Source: a bacterium | GTDB lineage: Bacteria > Patescibacteriota > UBA1384 > 2-12-FULL-50-11 | Length of the DNA stretch: 64,000 nt | Assembly (NCBI GenBank): GCA_021463485.1 | Contig: JAJTYJ010000001.1 | Coordinates: forward strand, 65,378-129,377 | Direction: 5' to 3' | In this document: piece after piece, positions 28,089 through 37,695 of the stretch | Numbering within the stretch: position 1 is the first letter of the stretch | How the letters are laid out: each line of letters opens with the position of its first letter | The notes under the pieces: model-generated | Seen by the model: the letters and a program-made list of their open reading frames with translations, nothing else | The model's database searches: none | What the model was told of the DNA's origin: nothing | Position numbers and translations under genes: made by a program

Positions 28089-29872
28089 TGCTTAGGGCGA
28101 CGTTCGGATGGATCGGTTGTGATCAGCGGATGCTCGGATTCAGATGCAGTCACTTTGACGGCGACGTGGTGGTTGTTGGCGATAATTAGCGCTTCGCCAC
28201 GCTCGCAGGTTAACAGAAACCGTTGTTCATACTCGCTTAAGCGAAATTCAGAGGCTACATTCTTAATCGTGGTTGTGTCTTGGCGCATTAAGATACGCAG
28301 GGCGCTTTGCGAGGCAATGGCACGACCGTAAGCATTTTGTAAGAAGTCGCTGGCTTGCTGGGAAATAATACTGACCCCGAGATAATATTTCCGCGCTCGT
28401 CGTACCAATCCGGCGATAAATCTCGCCGATTCTTCGTGCTCGAGCATCAGCCAAGCTTCGTCAATGACCAGAATTCGCTTGGAGGGATCGGATTTAACCT
28501 GATTTTGGGTAAACTGAGCGACCACTAAGTGCATAATCTGCCGCAGCGACTCCGGCAGGTCTTTAGTGTCGAAAACGACTAAGCGGTTGGATAGCTCGAT
28601 GTTGGTTTGCGAATTGAATACTTCCGACAGCGAACCCTTGGTGTATTTTTCTAACCGCTGGCATAACTTCGTTTGTTTCAGCGTCTTTAGCTCTTTATGA
28701 AGATCCGAGAGTAAGGGATAAACATGACCTGGTTTCTTGGCCGTTTTCTTTTTTGTCCAACCAAATTTCCTATAGGTCGTCATAATCGCTTTGTCGACAA
28801 CTGACTTCTCTTCGGCGCTTAAACCGTCTGCCATCAAAGAAATGATTTCAGTCAGTGATTGAACGTGATCGGCGAAGCTATCAGCCTCGTTATAAGCATT
28901 AACCGATAAGTCAAACGGGTTAATCTTCTCTTTAGAGTGAACCGACAGCTTTATATACGTTCCCTTAACCGATTCGGCTAATTGCCGATATTCTCGCTCC
29001 GGATCGATAACAATAACCTTTGTGCCTTGCATTAAGTGGCGCAAAATCTCGACTTTGGCCGTGTAAGATTTACCGGCTCCGGATTGAGCAAAAAGAATAC
29101 TGTTCGCGTTTGGCAGACTGAACCGATCGAGAATAACCAGCGAGCTATTAGACTTATTAATTCCGTAAAGTACGCCCGATTCCTGAACTAATTCGGAAGA
29201 AATAAACGGGAAGGTCAGCGCTGCCGAGGAACTATCCAGATTACGCTTTTGGGCCAATTGATTGTCGCCGCGCGGTAAAACCGACTGTAAGCCGTCAAGC
29301 TGCTGGGACATCGCCGATTTGGTGTAAAAGAGCCGGGTTGCCAGTAACGTTTCGAGAACTTTGACGGTTTTATCCAGCTCAACCAACGAATCGGCTGAAA
29401 CGGTGATGTAAAGCGAAATCTGGAAGAGATTTTCCTGGCCACGCTGGATCTTATCGCGCAATTCAATGGCCGATTCCAGCGGATCAAGCAGCTCAGCGCC
29501 GATAATCCGGCCGGATCGCTCCATCGCCCGCTTAGTTGAAGTCATCTCCGTAATTTTCCGGTTCAGCTTCGGCAAAGCGAACGTTGCCTCGACCGGCTCG
29601 ATGTGGAAGGAAATATCGACGTTGTGGTTGAAGTTAATCAGGTGGTTCAGCCAGCCGCTCGAAGCGGTGTAGGGATAACCCGAAATATAGAGGGTGCGAA
29701 TATATCGGCCGTCGATAACAAGATGATTCGGCTGCTCTTCTAGGCCAGAATACGTAACAAAATCGAGCTGATCCTGCTCGCCGACGTGGGAGGATAGCTT
29801 CTGGCGACGCTCGTCGCGCTCTTTCTTCCAGACTTTATACCCGGCTTTAACTCTAGAGATAATTGGTGGCAT
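28085..29872 (-). CDS. VirB4/TrbE/CagE-family type IV secretion ATPase (ATPase portion)
   Basis: FAQSGAGKSYTA Walker A, ILVIDEAW Walker B, AAA_10-like length. Confidence 0.85.
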   Translation of the reverse strand: MPPIISRVKAGYKVWKKERDERRQKLSSHVGEQDQLDFVTYSGLEEQPNHLVIDGRYIRTLYISGYPYTASSGWLNHLINFNHNVDISFHIEPVEATFALPKLNRKITEMTSTKRAMERSGRIIGAELLDPLESAIELRDKIQRGQENLFQISLYITVSADSLVELDKTVKVLETLLATRLFYTKSAMSQQLDGLQSVLPRGDNQLAQKRNLDSSSAALTFPFISSELVQESGVLYGINKSNSSLVILDRFSLPNANSILFAQSGAGKSYTAKVEILRHLMQGTKVIVIDPEREYRQLAESVKGTYIKLSVHSKEKINPFDLSVNAYNEADSFADHVQSLTEIISLMADGLSAEEKSVVDKAIMTTYRKFGWTKKKTAKKPGHVYPLLSDLHKELKTLKQTKLCQRLEKYTKGSLSEVFNSQTNIELSNRLVVFDTKDLPESLRQIMHLVVAQFTQNQVKSDPSKRILVIDEAWLMLEHEESARFIAGLVRRARKYYLGVSIISQQASDFLQNAYGRAIASQSALRILMRQDTTTIKNVASEFRLSEYEQRFLLTCERGEALIIANNHHVAVKVTASESEHPLITTDPSERRPKQ

Positions 29873-30497
29873 TGGTGTGTTTGATTAGCTCCTGTGTTAA
29901 AGGCTGAATCTTCGCCTGTTCCGGCCGGTAAAAACCGTAGAACAAATCTAAAATCTCCAAACTCGACAGCGGCCGAGCGGTCATCCCGAGCTTTTCCAGA
30001 CCTTTCGCAACAATTTCCTGTTCCAAATGGAGCTGTTCCTTGACGAGTTTGAAGTCGGTGACGGTACGGCTCTCAAACGGAATAACGACATAAAACCGCC
30101 GCGACAGAATCTTGTTACCGGCGACCAGCTCGCGAATAAACTTGCCGTACTCTTCCATCTGCTTTTTGTAGATCGGCTGCTTCTCGTCAGCCCGTGCTGT
30201 TTGGAAATCCTCAATGTAGCGATCAACGTCGAGTTCGCGGATTCTGACTAATATCTGAACCGGTGTCGTTAAGGAGTTGAGAAACGACTGGAAGTTATCG
30301 ACGATGGCATCTTGTTCATCGGCACTCTGGAGTTCGAAATTGACCGAAGAAGTCGCTAAGACCGCCCGATAGCGGTTATCCGGCAGGATCAGAATATTAT
30401 CGCGAACGCCTTTAATCGCGATTTGATTGCGAGCGGAACCGTTAGTCTTTGATCGGCGTGATCGAAACATCGAGACCTCCTTTCTTGGCAACCTCAA
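29853..30497 (-). CDS. VirB4 N-terminal domain-like protein (likely the split-off N-terminus of VirB4)
   Basis: 214 aa; overlaps the VirB4 ATPase ORF by 20 nt in a different frame; combined length about 809 aa matches intact VirB4 homologs. Confidence 0.45.
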   Translation of the reverse strand: MRLPRKEVSMFRSRRSKTNGSARNQIAIKGVRDNILILPDNRYRAVLATSSVNFELQSADEQDAIVDNFQSFLNSLTTPVQILVRIRELDVDRYIEDFQTARADEKQPIYKKQMEEYGKFIRELVAGNKILSRRFYVVIPFESRTVTDFKLVKEQLHLEQEIVAKGLEKLGMTARPLSSLEILDLFYGFYRPEQAKIQPLTQELIKHTNATNYL

Positions 30498-30948
30498 ACG
30501 AAAGCGTTAATGAGGGGTTGGTTAATAATTGATTAACCCGCGTTTCATCGGTGAGCGGGATACTTGGCAACAGCGCCCTGGTTTTCTTCTTCGGCTCCTC
30601 GATGGTCACGGCTTGTTTCTTCGCTACTGCGATCTGTTCCCGGCCAGCTTCGTCGTTCTTCGTAAAGACATAGCGGCGCGGTCGTTTGGAATAACGAGAG
30701 TAGACCGATAGCCACTCGGCAACGATTTTGCCGTTAATCCGGATGCTTAAGCCGATAAAGACGAAGAACTCGAGCAAGATTAAAGAAAGCTTAAATGAGC
30801 CGAGGTGCATCTTCGGCGGAATAAGGACGTAGAAAACGGTGCCGATAATCAACGCTACGATCATCAGGAAGATTTGGGCGAACGTGAAGTTGCCAGCAAT
30901 GCGGTCTTCAACGGTCGTTATCTGGGCCGGAACGACGGTGGTCTTCAT
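30442..30948 (-). CDS. VirB3/PrgI-like small T4SS membrane protein
   Basis: 168 aa; two adjacent TM helices after a short N-terminal region; lies between the VirB6-like and VirB4 genes. Confidence 0.4.
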   Translation of the reverse strand: MKTTVVPAQITTVEDRIAGNFTFAQIFLMIVALIIGTVFYVLIPPKMHLGSFKLSLILLEFFVFIGLSIRINGKIVAEWLSVYSRYSKRPRRYVFTKNDEAGREQIAVAKKQAVTIEEPKKKTRALLPSIPLTDETRVNQLLTNPSLTLSFEVAKKGGLDVSITPIKD

Positions 30949-32228
30949 GCTGCCGCTCCTTTCTTAACGGCGGCCGATTTGGCGCGGGAAGAAGCAACTT
31001 CGGCCGGAGCCGGACTGACGACATTAAGGAACTGGCCGCCGAATTTCTTAAAGATGCCGGTCGCTTGAGTAGCTAAGGTCAGCTGGACCGTCATCGCCGT
31101 GCTCTTTAAGAGAATCGAGAATAAGGCAATGCCGATCAAAATCGAGATGAACGGGTTGGTATTAACCTGGTTCGGGATCGTCAGGAAGGCCGAAGCGAGC
31201 TGAATGATAACGACGTGGATAAAGAGGCTGAAGATCATGACGATATAGGTCTTAGCGGCGGCTTCGGCAAAATCGCTCATCTTCGGCATCAGCCACAAAA
31301 GACAAAGAAGCGGAGCCATCACTGCGCCGAAAGCCAGGATCATCAACCGGCTGACATAGAACAAGAGGAGAATAACCGCCAGCAAGATAAAGACGACCAT
31401 AAAGATCAACGTAATCAGCAGCGTCCCGCCGGTTGCCAAGGCGGCCGGATCGAAAGCATTTAGTATCCAGGCCGAGCCGATACCGCCGGTGGCGTTCAAG
31501 ACCGCATTGATCAGTGTTTGGCAAAGCGTAATGATCCAGTCGATCAAGAAGATCGAGGTGTTGGCCAGTAAGAAGGCTAAGCCGATTCTCGGTAGTAATT
31601 GTTTCAACGGCACATCTTCAAATCCGAAGGTTGAAGCGCTCATAACTTGGAAACCTAAAAGCGCGATACCTAAGGCAAATAGTGAATCGGTAATCCCGAT
31701 CATCACCAGCCAAAAGTTGAAGACAACGGAGTTGGTCGAAAGCATCGGCGTGCTTGTCAGGAAATGAATAATCCCGTCGATGATCGGTTTGGTCGCCGAC
31801 TGAACGATGTTTTGGAGGAAGCCGGCGATCGCCTTCATAATCACTTGGGCCAACGAACCGTCGTCGGCTTGCGGCTCGATCGGCGCTAAGTTAATGGCCG
31901 TACCGAGCGCCGGCGTATTCGGTTCGGTAAAGGCCGACGAGAGCATCGAAGAGAACACGGCCGCCGCAATGACAATGACCAGACCGATTAGAGCTTGGCG
32001 GATGGTTCGCTTAGCCTCAGACAGCGCTTCCGGCTTGCCGGTTGAAGTGATATAGACGTAACCGCCACGGATTAAAAAGAAGGCCGCAGCTAACCCGGCT
32101 ACGGATATTAATACCGTTAAGGTGTCTTGAGTGAATCGGGCGACTTCGCCGTTAGAGGCGGCTAAAGCCGAAGCGGGCGCGAGCAAGACCGTCCCCGCCA
32201 GCAAGAGTGCGGTGAACAGTCGTTTCAT
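30945..32228 (-). CDS. VirB6/TrbL-like polytopic T4SS membrane protein with N-terminal pilin-like module
   Basis: Signal peptide; the first ~100 aa are similar to the adjacent VirB2-like pilin, followed by ~7 TM helices. Confidence 0.5.
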   Translation of the reverse strand: MKRLFTALLLAGTVLLAPASALAASNGEVARFTQDTLTVLISVAGLAAAFFLIRGGYVYITSTGKPEALSEAKRTIRQALIGLVIVIAAAVFSSMLSSAFTEPNTPALGTAINLAPIEPQADDGSLAQVIMKAIAGFLQNIVQSATKPIIDGIIHFLTSTPMLSTNSVVFNFWLVMIGITDSLFALGIALLGFQVMSASTFGFEDVPLKQLLPRIGLAFLLANTSIFLIDWIITLCQTLINAVLNATGGIGSAWILNAFDPAALATGGTLLITLIFMVVFILLAVILLLFYVSRLMILAFGAVMAPLLCLLWLMPKMSDFAEAAAKTYIVMIFSLFIHVVIIQLASAFLTIPNQVNTNPFISILIGIALFSILLKSTAMTVQLTLATQATGIFKKFGGQFLNVVSPAPAEVASSRAKSAAVKKGAAA

Positions 32229-32233
32229 TTCTT

Positions 32234-32563
32234 TTATTTACCGAATGCGGTGGTTGCCAACTCCGAGATAGCGTTACTAAGGACAAAAGCCCCGATCGAG
32301 ACCGCTAAGCCGATTCCCGAATAAATAATCGTTCGCTTTGACCGATCCAAGTGCTCCGGATTACCGGAACTGGTGATGTAACCGATCCCTCCCATTACAA
32401 AAAACCCGGCCGCAAGGAGGCCGGCAAACGTCACCAGGATCGTGATAGCGTTCTGAATAAAGTTCTGTACTTTAGCGACATCAGCAGGGGCGGCCATGAC
32501 CGGGGCAACCCATACGAGAGCGAGCAATAACGAAAGACCGAACGTCCGAAGGCGAGTGGACAT
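32234..32563 (-). CDS. VirB2/TrbC-like pilin
   Basis: 109 aa; signal peptide ending AAPA, two hydrophobic helices separated by the short polar loop SSGNPEHLDRSKR. Confidence 0.5.
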   Translation of the reverse strand: MSTRLRTFGLSLLLALVWVAPVMAAPADVAKVQNFIQNAITILVTFAGLLAAGFFVMGGIGYITSSGNPEHLDRSKRTIIYSGIGLAVSIGAFVLSNAISELATTAFGK

Positions 32564-32769
32564 ACATATCCTTTCTCCCCTCCGCAGTTGTAAATTAATA
32601 ATTAATTAACAGTCGAGTATGTTAATTTGCCTACGTAATATCACCTCTGGCATATGCTTGTCAAATATTTAGCTCTGAAAGCACTCTTTACTAGCATATG
32701 TTGTTTGTGGTAAACCTACCGTAAACAAGCACCATTCCGCTATCGGAGGGGTAATACGGAAGCAAGTTT

Positions 32770-35358
32770 ATGAACGTATTTCCCTCAATCACCATCAGCT
32801 TAGAAGCGATCCGTCTGCTTGGGTTGTACGCCCTGGGCGTTATTGGAGTTTGGGTCGTTCTCGCCTGTGTCACCCGGTTAGTCGCGTTCTATCAGCGCTT
32901 AAAGCAAGAGTCGGTTTTGCTGGAAGTTATTCCGCCGACTGATACGGAAGTACCGGCAGTCTCGACCGCCCAATTATTCACTCTTGTTTACGGTTTGTTA
33001 CGCCAGCGATCCTTAGCGGATCGTTTTTTGTTGCGACAGCCGAACTGTTCGCTGGAGATCGTGTCGCACAAAGAAACCGGTATCCGCTACTTATTCCGAG
33101 TACCGAAAGGTTTGGCCGAGCCGATGGAACGGAGCCTCAGAGCCTACCTGCCGGCCCTCAAAGTCAAAGAAGCAGACGAATATCTGCCGGATGAATTGCC
33201 GAAAGGATTAAAAGCAAAGGTCTTGGAGTTTAAGCTCGCTGGACACCCGGCTCTGCCACTGAGCGACCAGACCGACTTAAAGCGTCACGACCCGCTGGTC
33301 TATCTGACCGGCAACATGACACAGCTAAAAGACAATGAGCTATTGGCACTTCAACTTGTTGTTGAGCCGGTCGGAAACTATCGGCAGAACCGCCTCAAGC
33401 GCAAAGCCCTTAAGATCCAACCTTCGGCATTGGCTTCGCAGCGAACAGTTGATCGGGTGGCAAATGTTGTCGAAGCGGTTGTCGGGCTGCTGATGATTCC
33501 GTTCTTAGTTTTGTCAGAATTTGTTACGAGCCAGAAGACAACACTGCCGAGCCGCAAGATTACACCGAACAAGGGCACTCCTGCTCATCAACCACTGGAG
33601 GAACTAACTAATTCCAAGCTCGATCAGCCGCTTTTTGAAACGTCGGTCCGTGCTTTATTGATAGTTGAGAAGAGCCAGCTAAAGACTCGTGAGCGTGGTT
33701 TACTCTCGGCTTTTATGAGTTTCGCGCACCCTATTGGACAGTCGCTAACTAATAAGAAAAACTGGCTCGGCAGAGTCGGTCAAAAGCTGCGCCGCTGGCA
33801 GTTCAAAAGCCGCTTAAATACGCACGGCTTGATACTCTCGGCCTCGGAAGTCGGCGCGCTGTATCACTTCCCGTATACCAAAACGATTCGGACAGAAGAC
33901 TTGATTAAATCCAAAAGTCGCGAGTTGCCAGCGCCGCTTTCGCTCAAAAACAATCGTGAGTTAGATACCGTCTTTGCACTCAATCGCTACGGCAACAGCG
34001 AAACAAACATCGGCTTAACGGATGACGAGCGCTCGCGGCACATGTATCTAATCGGCCAGACCGGTTCCGGTAAATCGACCGCGATCTATCATATAGCGGC
34101 CAGCGACATCGCCAAAGGGCGAGGCTTAGCCGTTATCGATCCGCACGGCGACTTGGCCGAAGACTTACTGGCTACCATTCCGGAATCAAGAATTGACGAT
34201 GTGATTTACTTTAATCCGTTTGATATTGCTCATCCGATCGGCATTAATTTATTAGAACTGCCGCCTAGCCTGACTGACGACGAGCTGGAGCTGGAAAAGG
34301 AATTCGTCTGCGAAAGTATTGTTTCCATTTTTCGTCGCATCTTTAACAAGGACGAGAATACCGATGCCCACCGAATCGAATACATTTTGCGCAACACTAT
34401 TCACACTGCCTTTACGGTTGAAGACGCGACAATCTTCACGGTCTACGAATTGCTGAATAATCCACAGTTTCAAAAGCAGGTTATCGCCCGGTTAAAAGAT
34501 GAGAACCTGCGAAGCTTTTGGAAGAACGAGTTCGGTAAAGCCGGCGACTACCAGATCGTTAAAATGGTCGGCGGTGTAACCGCCAAGATCGGTCGCTTTT
34601 TGTTCTCGCCGATTGCCAAGCGGATTCTGGAGCAACCGAAGTCGACGATCAATTTTGAAGAAATTCTGAATTCTGAGAAGATCCTGATCTGTAACTTGGC
34701 TGAGGGAAGAATCGGCGAAGATACTTCTCAGCTCCTCGGTACGATAGTAATCGCCAAGATTCATCAGGCCGCTCAACGCCGGGCCCGCAAAGCATTATCA
34801 AGTCGGACGCCGTTTTATTTATTCGTCGACGAGTTCCAGAACTTTGCTACCAGCTCGTTTACCAAGCTACTGTCGGGCGGACGAAAGTTCGGCTTAAGAA
34901 TCACGATTGCCGAGCAATCGACGGCTCAGCAATCGGACCGCTCCATCGTCGACGTGATTCTGGCCAATACCGGCGTTGTGGTTTGTTTCCGCACCGCCAG
35001 CCCGGTCGATGAAGAATTGATGCTGGCGCAGTTTGCGCCGCTCGTTAAAACCGGCGATATCGCTAATCTGCCGCGCCATAAGTTCTATATGCGCCTAGCC
35101 GCAATTGAAGCCGAAGATCCGTTCTCCGGCGAAACCATCCCGATTAATAGTCAACGCGACTTGGCAATGATGGAACGGTTGATTAACGCTTCGCGGACGA
35201 ACTACGCCATTCTGTACCAAAAACCGGAACCGCAGGCCGTGACTCCGATTACGAGAAGAGAGCCCACAACAGCTCCCGCCAAGCCCGGGAAGACATTAGG
35301 ATCGCTGAGTAAGAAAAGAGCAGCAGCTGATCCGAATTTGAATCCCGCAACTGGTTAG
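32770..35358 (+). CDS. Type IV secretion coupling protein (VirD4/TraG/TraD family)
   Basis: N-terminal TM helices, YLIGQTGSGKST Walker A, LFVDEFQNF Walker B region, 862 aa. Confidence 0.8.
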   Translation: MNVFPSITISLEAIRLLGLYALGVIGVWVVLACVTRLVAFYQRLKQESVLLEVIPPTDTEVPAVSTAQLFTLVYGLLRQRSLADRFLLRQPNCSLEIVSHKETGIRYLFRVPKGLAEPMERSLRAYLPALKVKEADEYLPDELPKGLKAKVLEFKLAGHPALPLSDQTDLKRHDPLVYLTGNMTQLKDNELLALQLVVEPVGNYRQNRLKRKALKIQPSALASQRTVDRVANVVEAVVGLLMIPFLVLSEFVTSQKTTLPSRKITPNKGTPAHQPLEELTNSKLDQPLFETSVRALLIVEKSQLKTRERGLLSAFMSFAHPIGQSLTNKKNWLGRVGQKLRRWQFKSRLNTHGLILSASEVGALYHFPYTKTIRTEDLIKSKSRELPAPLSLKNNRELDTVFALNRYGNSETNIGLTDDERSRHMYLIGQTGSGKSTAIYHIAASDIAKGRGLAVIDPHGDLAEDLLATIPESRIDDVIYFNPFDIAHPIGINLLELPPSLTDDELELEKEFVCESIVSIFRRIFNKDENTDAHRIEYILRNTIHTAFTVEDATIFTVYELLNNPQFQKQVIARLKDENLRSFWKNEFGKAGDYQIVKMVGGVTAKIGRFLFSPIAKRILEQPKSTINFEEILNSEKILICNLAEGRIGEDTSQLLGTIVIAKIHQAAQRRARKALSSRTPFYLFVDEFQNFATSSFTKLLSGGRKFGLRITIAEQSTAQQSDRSIVDVILANTGVVVCFRTASPVDEELMLAQFAPLVKTGDIANLPRHKFYMRLAAIEAEDPFSGETIPINSQRDLAMMERLINASRTNYAILYQKPEPQAVTPITRREPTTAPAKPGKTLGSLSKKRAAADPNLNPATG

Positions 35359-35410
35359 AGCTGTAAAAAAGTAGAGTCTTTATTAATATATATACTCTCT
35401 TCTTACTTCT

Positions 35411-36151
35411 TTGCTTTCCGCCATGGAACAAACAACATCCCTTCACCTAACCCAACGCCACACCGACATCCTGCTTTTACTGTACCGCTTCCGCTACCTG
35501 ACCCGCCCGCAAATCCAAACACTTCTTAATTACAAAAACCATCGTCAAACCATCGAACTGCTCAACATACTCACGGCACACGATCACGTCAGAAAGTACT
35601 ACGATCGAAAGTCAGCAGTCATACCGGCAGTCTATTCGTTAGGAAAGGCTAGTAGAGCTGTGTTAAAGAAACTGGATATGCCGTCATCGGAGTTAAAACG
35701 TATTAGCTGGGAGAGAAACTATACGCCGGCCTTTCGCGACAGATGCGTTTTCGTTGCTCAGATTTATCTGGATCTGATGAAACAAACGGGAGGGGCGCTT
35801 GGCTTTTGGACCAAAGCCGACCTGAACGGCGTCGAGAACATACTTGCTCCGGCACCGGATGCCTATTTTACTATTGGAGCGAAGCGATATTTCCTGGATG
35901 CCCCACTAACCGTGCCTGGCAAGGCGCTCCGCAATCGAGCTAGAAAGTATGCCGATTACTTTACTGACGGGGAATGGCGGGAAGAGGAAGACAGCGTCTT
36001 CCCAGAGGTGATTATTCTCTGCTCAAATCCGCGCTTAGCCAAAGGTTTGTCGTACTACATTAAAAAAGAATTCTCGGACGAGCCCGATCTCCACTTTCTT
36101 GTGAGTTCTGATCGGTCTCTGGAGAAGCTACTGCCAAAGAAAAAGGCCTGA
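35411..36151 (+). CDS. Replication-relaxation (Replic_Relax)-like winged-helix protein
   Basis: LTQRHTDILLLLYRFRYLTRPQIQTLL N-terminal wHTH pattern typical of the Replic_Relax family on Gram-positive ICEs/plasmids. Confidence 0.4.
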   Translation: MLSAMEQTTSLHLTQRHTDILLLLYRFRYLTRPQIQTLLNYKNHRQTIELLNILTAHDHVRKYYDRKSAVIPAVYSLGKASRAVLKKLDMPSSELKRISWERNYTPAFRDRCVFVAQIYLDLMKQTGGALGFWTKADLNGVENILAPAPDAYFTIGAKRYFLDAPLTVPGKALRNRARKYADYFTDGEWREEEDSVFPEVIILCSNPRLAKGLSYYIKKEFSDEPDLHFLVSSDRSLEKLLPKKKA

Positions 36152-36175
36152 GGCAGTTAACCCCAGACCCTTCTC

Positions 36176-36502
36176 TTACTTTTCGTCGCTGATGTATAGA
36201 ACCTTCTTGCGGTGAAACCAAAAGACGTGCTGGTAGTGAATCCAGTGCGCCTGATTACGCGATAGACGCGATCGATCCCGCATGACGATATATCGGATCT
36301 TCGAGTTGCGAAGGCATTTCAACAGCCTTCGAAAACCCGGCCGGTCTTTCCGCATCCCGCTGATACCGCTATCCGACTCAAAGCCGGTCAGTTCCAAGCC
36401 GTGCTTCTTACAGTACGCTTCGATCTGCGCGTGTTGCTCGGCCAGCGAGTCAGGATTGACCGTCGCTGAGCGCACGTACCCGATCGCTTGTTTGCCAGCC
36501 AT
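36176..36502 (-). pseudogene. Serine recombinase (resolvase/invertase) catalytic-domain fragment
   Basis: IGYVRSATVNPDS...RLSRN resolvase catalytic-domain motifs, but only 108 aa with no HTH domain. Confidence 0.45.
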
Positions 36503-36816
36503 TAGTACTCCTCAGCTAACATCACCGTTAGCGTTCGCTTGCAATTTTCCGAGAGCGGATCGCACCAGCCGGAATACGTCGGATTGTAGTAGTCGATCTT
36601 CCAGAAGATCTTCTTGCCGTACCAATACAGCTGACCGAAATCATGTTCGCCGTACGGATCGCTCTTTTCATCGAACTTATCATAGTTGCGAACCGCGTGA
36701 AGCAATCCGTCGATCTTCGGCAAGGCGTGAACACCCTGCGTCAGGGTAATGCCGAATCCCAGCTCCCGGAACCGATCGTTGAATCGTGCCTGTTTCGATA
36801 ATACCTTTGTAGTCAT
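36502..36816 (-). CDS. Hypothetical protein
   Basis: 104 aa ORF; 1-nt overlap with the downstream resolvase fragment. Confidence 0.35.
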   Translation of the reverse strand: MTTKVLSKQARFNDRFRELGFGITLTQGVHALPKIDGLLHAVRNYDKFDEKSDPYGEHDFGQLYWYGKKIFWKIDYYNPTYSGWCDPLSENCKRTLTVMLAEEY

Positions 36817-37076
36817 TGAAGCCTCCTCTTTAAGTTATGTTTGTGTCGGGCTTGGTCGACCTTCCTGCCCTTCGACAAGAGAGCAAGGACGGAACGCCGG
36901 CGGTGTCAAGGTGGAGCCGGCCTTCCTTAAAAGGAGGGGTAAAATAGTAGCCGGACAACCTTGATGCCGTCGGACCCGTCCTTACGATGGAGAGAGTGGG
37001 CAGGAGAAAAGTTAACTCCTTTTACTCTGTTAATCCCGAATCGACAGAGTAGTGCCGGAGGTGTAACATATAGCCA

Positions 37077-37694
37077 ATGACAAAAGGCCTCAAAGTCGGA
37101 GTGGGGTGCTTAGCTATCCTTGTAATAGGCATCATTATTAGCGTGATCGGTGGCTCAAATAACCAAAATAGTCAGCAGAGCAGTAATGTCTCTGAAGTGA
37201 GTGAGCCCTCATTCACCCTTACCGAACTCAAAATAAAGATTGGTCAACTTACCAGCGATGAAAATCAGGCAAACTTGGCAGGTAGCTATGAGTCGCCCGA
37301 TCAGGAACAGATGAAAGACCCGGAAAGAATTGTGACTGACTATAAAGATGGTGACACTGTTACCGTTGAGGGTGATTTTGTTGAAGTGGTTGCGTCATAT
37401 ACGGGACCACCACTAAAAAAAGAGGGCTTTCTTTCGACCCCCAGCAGGTTTAGTGCAACTGGACCTCGTCATGTTAGTGAATCATCAGTTACACACGCGG
37501 GAGGCGGCAGCAGTTGGGTTATTCGTGACGGTAAGGCGAAAGTAACTTTCTTACCGCTCAGCTACGTTAATTATCTTGATGATGGAGAAGTGGTGTTAAC
37601 GCTTCGGCTCGAGTCCGAAAAAGGACAAATTTTCGAGAAGAAAATAAAGTTCTTCGTTGACGACCACGTACGACGCGAGAAGTACCGTCAGTAA
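37077..37694 (+). CDS. Hypothetical membrane-anchored secreted protein
   Basis: N-terminal TM followed by an S/N/Q-rich linker; 205 aa. Confidence 0.4.
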   Translation: MTKGLKVGVGCLAILVIGIIISVIGGSNNQNSQQSSNVSEVSEPSFTLTELKIKIGQLTSDENQANLAGSYESPDQEQMKDPERIVTDYKDGDTVTVEGDFVEVVASYTGPPLKKEGFLSTPSRFSATGPRHVSESSVTHAGGGSSWVIRDGKAKVTFLPLSYVNYLDDGEVVLTLRLESEKGQIFEKKIKFFVDDHVRREKYRQ

Positions 37695-37695
37695 A

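Noticed and set aside
36749-36964. 71-aa ORF in the GC-rich intergenic region
   Set aside because: Arg/Pro-rich translation typical of GC-rich non-coding sequence
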